Assembly: GCA_046761065.1 (NCBI GenBank)
Contig: JBHIFL010000104.1
Coordinates: 1-12,159, forward strand
Source of the DNA: Candidatus Heimdallarchaeota archaeon
GTDB taxonomy: Archaea > Asgardarchaeota > Wukongarchaeia > Wukongarchaeales > JBHIFL01
Direction: 5' to 3'
DNA length: 12,159 nt
The position numbers and the translations under genes are program-made. Positions 7,666 through 12,159 of this stretch are shown one piece after another. Numbering within the stretch: position 1 is the first letter of the stretch; each line of letters starts with the position of its first letter. The notes beneath the pieces are model-generated. The model was given only the letters and a program-made list of their open reading frames with translations. It was not told where the DNA came from and did not search any database.

Positions 7666-7679
7666 TTAGGAGATCCTAA
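7666..7679. promoter_or_regulatory. Palindrome TTAGGA-GA-TCCTAA just upstream of a putative BRE/TATA (AAAAAGTCG-TATAT, 7683-7696) for the SIS-domain gene
   Basis: Perfect 6-2-6 inverted repeat in a position typical of archaeal activator sites. Confidence 0.4.
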
Positions 7680-7767
7680 GATAAAAAGTCGTATATCTAG
7701 CATATTTGACCTTAATGGCTGAATTTAATGCGTTGGTGGTTTTTTGGTAAGAAAAAATGACTTATTA

Positions 7768-8757
7768 ATGTTTGATCAAAGTAATATGCTTAGAAACCTG
7801 GAAGATTGGCCAATATACTCTAAGAAAGCATTAAATGTTCCGATTGACTTACCAAACTTTCCAAAAATTATGAATGTTGTGATTTTAGGGATGGGGACCC
7901 CTAATGCGGTCGGAAGAATCTTCGAACTCTGGAGTCGTATTCCTCTCATGGCAATAGACGACTGGAGTCCCCCGCCATGGGTAGGGGAAGAAACGCTCGT
8001 TTTGGCGTTATCTTATAGCGGAAACACAAGAGAAGTGCTCACTACAACTGAGAAAAGTTTTAAGCGAGGAGGAAACATCATAGCAATTTCCTCCGGTGGG
8101 AAACTCAAGGATTTGGGGAGCAAAAAAGGATTCGCTACAATTAACTTTGATCCAGTAGGTCGCTCAGCCAATTCGTTCCCTTACTTGTTTTTGCTAAGTG
8201 GAAGGATATTGGACCTGTTAGGCTTATTGCATTTTCACACCGATTCAAAGAGTTTGATAGAGGCTCTGAAGGCGATTCAGGCAAGACAAGATTGGGTTGA
8301 CATTGCGGAGCAGCTTAGCAAGTGTCGGCAGCTCGTTGTATGTGGAAGCCAAAATACAAGAGGGTTGGTTACCTGGATCAAGCATTGCTTCAATGAAACT
8401 GCTAAGAAACTGGTCATTCCCCTAATTCTGCCAGAAGCTAGTCACGGGGAAGTCGAGGCCTTCACCGAGCTCGATTCAAACGACGGGGTAATCTTCCTAC
8501 GCGAAGGCAGCACCGAAACAGAGTTGATTACAAAATCTTTTAAGCTGTATAAGGAGTTACTTGCCAATCAAAGATCGTTTATCATCGAATTAAAAACCGA
8601 AGCCCCATATCGAGTCAATAACATCTTATCTCTTGCATTCCAAGGGATTCTTATCAGCTTCTGGCTTGCACTCTTTCGAAAAATCGACCCTGCACCCCTG
8701 CCAATAATAGATATGCTGAAAAATAGCTTAGAAAAGCCAGCTTCTGGAATCCATTAA
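7768..8757 (+). CDS. Bifunctional phosphoglucose/phosphomannose isomerase (PGI/PMI)-like SIS-domain protein, divergent
   Basis: VVILGMG, LSYSGNT.E, ISSGGKL, FNETAK (catalytic Glu), PEASHGE (catalytic His), IDPAP..IIDMLK (Lys). Start is ATG 7768 or TTG 7744. Shares a TTAA double stop with the convergent gene. Confidence 0.82.
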   Translation: MFDQSNMLRNLEDWPIYSKKALNVPIDLPNFPKIMNVVILGMGTPNAVGRIFELWSRIPLMAIDDWSPPPWVGEETLVLALSYSGNTREVLTTTEKSFKRGGNIIAISSGGKLKDLGSKKGFATINFDPVGRSANSFPYLFLLSGRILDLLGLLHFHTDSKSLIEALKAIQARQDWVDIAEQLSKCRQLVVCGSQNTRGLVTWIKHCFNETAKKLVIPLILPEASHGEVEAFTELDSNDGVIFLREGSTETELITKSFKLYKELLANQRSFIIELKTEAPYRVNNILSLAFQGILISFWLALFRKIDPAPLPIIDMLKNSLEKPASGIH

Positions 8758-9263
8758 TTTTCTTCGGTCTCGCGTAACTTTGCAGTAGGATCACGTTTCT
8801 GAAGAGGATACCCTGTTAGAGAGGTCTTTCCGCCTACAATTTGCTTTGTGTGCGTAGGATGTCCTTTTGGTTCTATCCCAAGATGATCTCGTAGCTCAGC
8901 TTCGTATATGAGGGCACTTGGCATAATATTTACGAGACTTTCGACCGAGGGATCTTCTCGGGAGACTTGTATCTTGATTGTAATAAGTTCAGTCAGCTGT
9001 AGTTCATTTTGCCTCTCAAAATGATATAAAAGTTCAAAATGATACGGTGTTTCCAACCCTGTAATCATTACAAGGCGATAAATCCCGAAATCATCCTTCA
9101 GAACCTTGACAACAGAACAAATGTCTTCTTTTTTGATTGTGATCCAAATACGTGTTGGTTGACGTATTTCTCCATCTAAAAAAGCGTCTCCCAAAGCCTT
9201 CATTAATCGATCGAGGATACTTTGCATTTGCATTGCCACTATTTGAGTATATTTTGATTTCAT
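8754..9263 (-). CDS. NuoC-like subunit (complex I 30-kDa / group 4 hydrogenase subunit family)
   Basis: RLVMITGLE, FELLYHF and SL..IMPSALIYEAELRDHLGI...GHP match the NuoC family pattern. Start could be a downstream Met. Confidence 0.85.
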   Translation of the reverse strand: MKSKYTQIVAMQMQSILDRLMKALGDAFLDGEIRQPTRIWITIKKEDICSVVKVLKDDFGIYRLVMITGLETPYHFELLYHFERQNELQLTELITIKIQVSREDPSVESLVNIMPSALIYEAELRDHLGIEPKGHPTHTKQIVGGKTSLTGYPLQKRDPTAKLRETEEN

Positions 9264-9447
9264 GAATTTGAAAACATCCTTTTTATTAAACGTGATAAAT
9301 ATAAATACTATCCACAGAAGCAGGATGGAATGGAGCCCTTTCCAAGATGATTTCTAAGAATAGGACAAACAACATCTACAATTGTAACTTCACAAAAGGA
9401 AAAGATACGTAAACTAAACAACCCGAAATAATAGGAACGGAGTGGTT

Positions 9448-10320
9448 ATGCCCCTTAGAGAATATGGTTGTCGCAATATGGTGAGTAAATTGCGGGCGGT
9501 CCTCGTTCGGAGCCCGGAAAAAGATTGGGGGACCGAAGGATACCAAGCGTGGGGATACTTTCATGCCCCAGATCTCAAGACCGTTAAAGAGGAGCATATG
9601 CAGTTTGTTCAGACATTAAAGGACGAAGGAATTCAAATATTTCAACATGATACACCACTAAAAAACAAATGGGATGCTACTTATGTGTATGATCCTGCAT
9701 TTATCTGCGATCAGGGCGCGATTACTCTCAGAATGGGCAAGAAATTAAGGCGTGGGGAGGAAACCCCCCTTGGACAAAAGCTTGCAGAACTCGGCATCCC
9801 TACGGTCTATACATTGCATGATCCTGCGTGTCTCGAAGGTGGGGACACGTTAAGGCTAACAAATAATATTTTGGCCATTGGAGAAACTTATAGGACGAAC
9901 AGCGAAGGGATTCGTCAGCTGAGAATCGCCCTAGAAGGATTAATTAACCGATTTATAATAGTTCAACTTCCACACTACAAGGGACCTGCCCATGTGCTCC
10001 ATCTAATGTCCCTTATCAACTTAGTGGACCATTTTAAAGCAGTGATCTATCCAAAACTGATACCAGTGAGTTTCCTGAAAACCCTCAAGGAGCTAAATTT
10101 CGATTGTGTCGAAACCCCTTCGGAGGAATTTCTAACCCAAGCCTGTAATGTGCTTGCCTTGGAGCCAGGAAAGTGCTTGATGGTTGAAGGGAACCCTATT
10201 ACTAGGAAACGGCTGGAAGCCGCAGGTTGTGAAGTCCTTACTTATAAAGGTGAGGAAATAACTCAAAATGGTGGAGGAGGGCCAACCTGTTTAACATTGC
10301 CGCTCCTGCGACATGATTGA
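9448..10320 (+). CDS. Amidinotransferase / dimethylarginine dimethylaminohydrolase (arginine deiminase, pentein superfamily) enzyme
   Basis: YVYDP, RRGE, LEGGD, YRTN.EGI.QL, LHLMS and C-terminal GGGPTCLT (catalytic Cys, His, Asp/Glu). ATG 9448 follows GGAGTGG. Confidence 0.9.
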   Translation: MPLREYGCRNMVSKLRAVLVRSPEKDWGTEGYQAWGYFHAPDLKTVKEEHMQFVQTLKDEGIQIFQHDTPLKNKWDATYVYDPAFICDQGAITLRMGKKLRRGEETPLGQKLAELGIPTVYTLHDPACLEGGDTLRLTNNILAIGETYRTNSEGIRQLRIALEGLINRFIIVQLPHYKGPAHVLHLMSLINLVDHFKAVIYPKLIPVSFLKTLKELNFDCVETPSEEFLTQACNVLALEPGKCLMVEGNPITRKRLEAAGCEVLTYKGEEITQNGGGGPTCLTLPLLRHD

Positions 10321-10714
10321 TCAAATGATCTGTCAAAGTTCTTTACTGGCAATGCTTTTACTATTTTCCTTTATAAATTCCTAATTTTTCTATATCTTTG
10401 TTCAGATCTCAATAGAAATCAACGAAATTTGTAGTTCTTTTTAGTCTATAATGCTAAATCCAAATGCAATTTCCCAATAAAAGATCTAATGATCCTATTT
10501 TTTGGTTATGGTCATCTGACATGTGAGAGATCTAGTCCGGCGCACATATTTTTAAAAAGGTTTTATTGTCAAATTTACCCAGTTAAATGAACTGCAAAAA
10601 GTAAAGCAATTTTCCAAAGCAGATCGTTCTTTAAAAAGATCCTTTGTAACTCATCTATAATGAAATCTCTATTAAGAATTGTCTTTACAGCATTTTTGGA
10701 AATTACTATCGATC
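10319..10714. other. AT-rich non-coding region with a cluster of 9 GATC sites
   Basis: GATC at 10319, 10327, 10405, 10483, 10491, 10529, 10622, 10638 and 10711. Three of them are AGATCT. Confidence 0.6.
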
Positions 10715-10729
10715 AGACAATTTCCAAAA
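10694..10729. repeat. 11-bp perfect inverted repeat TTTTGGAAATT-N14-AATTTCCAAAA
   Basis: Arms at 10694-10704 and 10719-10729, about 90 nt upstream of thg1. The spacer contains a GATC. Confidence 0.6.
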
Positions 10730-10820
10730 CGTTAGCCAAATAAAATCGGCAAAAACCAAAATAATTTCATAAAAAACTCAAGCAGATAACCTGAGGAGAC
10801 TGAAAAAATAGGAGACCACA

Positions 10821-11588
10821 ATGGAACGATTTGAGGTGTTTTCAAACCTGAAAGTCATTCCAGACATTCCATTCGTTACACGGCTTGATGGAAGGTGTTT
10901 CCATCAACTAGCGGAATCTTTAGCCCTCGTCCGCCCCTTTGATCAAACATTTAGGAAATGTCTCAGTCAAGCAACCAAGGCATTGTTCGAAACCTCGGGA
11001 TTAAATCCTGTGTTTGCCTTTCTATTCAGTGATGAAGTAAATTTACTCTTTTTAAATGACCCTTTTGCACGACGAGTAGAGAAAATCTGCAGTATTACAG
11101 CTGGATTCTTGAGTGTTGCCTTTTCCCAGCATCTCACAAGGATGTTTGAGCACCCCGAAGTGGCATTTGGCGTTTTTGATGCTCGAATTATCCCGCTACC
11201 TACAATCGACCATCTGATCGAGTATTTTATACAAAAGCAACATGATGCATTCAGGAATTGCGTGAATTCCTATGCCTTTTACGCTCTTGTTCAGCAATAT
11301 GGCCTTACACCAATTGAAGCAGATACCCATTTGAATCGAATGACAAAACAAAAAAGGATGGATCTCCTATTTAAGGAGTTTAAAGTTAACATTAATGACG
11401 TACCCATGTGGGAAAGACGTGGTTGGTCAATTTACAGAGATTACTTCAAAAAACCTGGTTTCAATCCTTTGACGGGGGAAAGAACAACAACTTTACGGAC
11501 AAAAATCAAAATCGATTTAAACCTTCCTCTGTTTAATAGTGAAGCGGGAAAAACTTTTCTCCAAATATGGATACAAAGCGAAAGCTAG
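10821..11588 (+). CDS. thg1: tRNA(His) guanylyltransferase / Thg1-like protein (3'-5' polymerase)
   Basis: RLDGRCFH, FSDEVNLLF, RRVEKI.S, FDARII, NINDVPMWERRG and GFNPLTGE motifs. RBS AGGAG upstream. Confidence 0.95.
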   Translation: MERFEVFSNLKVIPDIPFVTRLDGRCFHQLAESLALVRPFDQTFRKCLSQATKALFETSGLNPVFAFLFSDEVNLLFLNDPFARRVEKICSITAGFLSVAFSQHLTRMFEHPEVAFGVFDARIIPLPTIDHLIEYFIQKQHDAFRNCVNSYAFYALVQQYGLTPIEADTHLNRMTKQKRMDLLFKEFKVNINDVPMWERRGWSIYRDYFKKPGFNPLTGERTTTLRTKIKIDLNLPLFNSEAGKTFLQIWIQSES

Positions 11589-11802
11589 ATAATGATTAGA
11601 AAAACTAATAGTAAAAAGCCGGTTTGTACATTTTTTCAACCAAATAGTTAGATATGAATTAATCTAATAGCAATCTACCGATATAAAGACATTACGACAA
11701 TTATCTCAAATTTTTATCTTTCAAGAGAAAAGAAAGTTTTTTCAAATGTGACTATAAAATGTTCCTAAAATGGATAATAACCAATTATAAAATATTATAT
11801 AT

Positions 11803-11879
11803 GGGCCCGTAGCTCAGTCTGGATAGAGCGCCTGTCTCCGGAACAGGAGGATTCACGAGTTCAAATCTCGTCGGGCCCG
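11803..11879 (+). tRNA. tRNA-Arg: tRNA-Arg(CCG), intron-less, CCA not encoded
   Basis: Acceptor GGGCCCG/CGGGCCC with discriminator G. D arm GCTC/GAGC with A20 (Arg identity element). Anticodon arm CCTGT-CTCCGGA-ACAGG. T arm ACGAG-TTCAAAT-CTCGT. TATA-like sequences upstream (11753-11760, 11785-11792). Confidence 0.96.
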
Positions 11880-12130
11880 CTATCGCTATTCCCTAATTTA
11901 TCAATTTCTAATAGCTTTTTCTTATTAAAAGACCTAATAACCCATACTAGTTCGAGTTTTGAGTATCCTTTGATTCTCATGAGATCTTTCATAGTGTTTA
12001 GCATTAACAAATCCCCTTCATATTTTAATCTGTTCAGTAGTTCATCGTTTATTAGTTGTCGCATTGCTGGTTGTTTAAGATCTCCCTCGATGGGGGAAAT
12101 AATTCTCGACGATTTCGTGTGAGAAGACAT
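11861..12130 (-). CDS. Small hypothetical protein, possibly winged helix-turn-helix; last 19 nt overlap the tRNA antisense
   Basis: Amphipathic pattern LINDELLNRLKYEG / LMLNTMKDLMRIKG / YSKLELVWVIRSFNKKKLLEID suggests three helices and a strand. Fold assignment is by eye only. Confidence 0.55.
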   Translation of the reverse strand: MSSHTKSSRIISPIEGDLKQPAMRQLINDELLNRLKYEGDLLMLNTMKDLMRIKGYSKLELVWVIRSFNKKKLLEIDKLGNSDSGPDEI

Positions 12131-12159
12131 AATGCATAAAGATGGGCGATATTAGAAAT

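Noticed and set aside
9308-9316. DnaA-box-like CTATCCACA
   Set aside because: A single copy with one mismatch, expected by chance, and the context looks archaeal.
9376-9597. 73-aa ORF (-)
   Set aside because: Antisense to the amidinotransferase-family gene.
11803-12130. SSV-type split integrase int(N) fragment
   Set aside because: The SSV-like antisense frame (AGPTRFELV...) is closed by a TAG just upstream. The annotated ORF uses another frame and does not resemble int(N).
1-12159. CRISPR array, IS/transposase, or Sec/Pyl read-through (e.g. in thg1)
   Set aside because: No regularly spaced direct repeats, no transposase motifs, and the recognisable enzymes, including Thg1, are uninterrupted.

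Overview
AT-rich (roughly 38-40% GC by eye) chromosomal window that looks archaeal: a tRNA without encoded CCA, BRE/TATA promoters, a Thg1 gene, a PGI/PMI-type SIS protein and a heavily N-glycosylatable surface protein. An Asgard-like origin is plausible but is inference only. In order it holds: a 971-aa secreted, membrane-anchored protein (six prenyltransferase-type repeats forming an alpha/alpha barrel, about five beta-sandwich repeats, one C-terminal TM helix); a small TM + zinc-ribbon protein; a LOG/TIGR00725-type gene coupled to an ArgE/DapE M20 hydrolase; a 4-TM protein; a PHP phosphoesterase; a 77-aa basic/acidic protein with three DExWD motifs; a divergent PGI/PMI; an orphan NuoC-like subunit; a DDAH/amidinotransferase-family enzyme; a Thg1-like protein; tRNA-Arg(CCG); and a small ORF ending inside the tRNA on the opposite strand. 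No CRISPR array, transposase or rRNA is evident. The best leads are the ribophorin-II-like architecture of the surface protein, the DExWD protein, a GC-rich structured island at about 7.57-7.66 kb, a GATC cluster at 10.3-10.7 kb, and a recurring intergenic TGTGA-N2-TCACA-like palindrome. None is established from the sequence alone.
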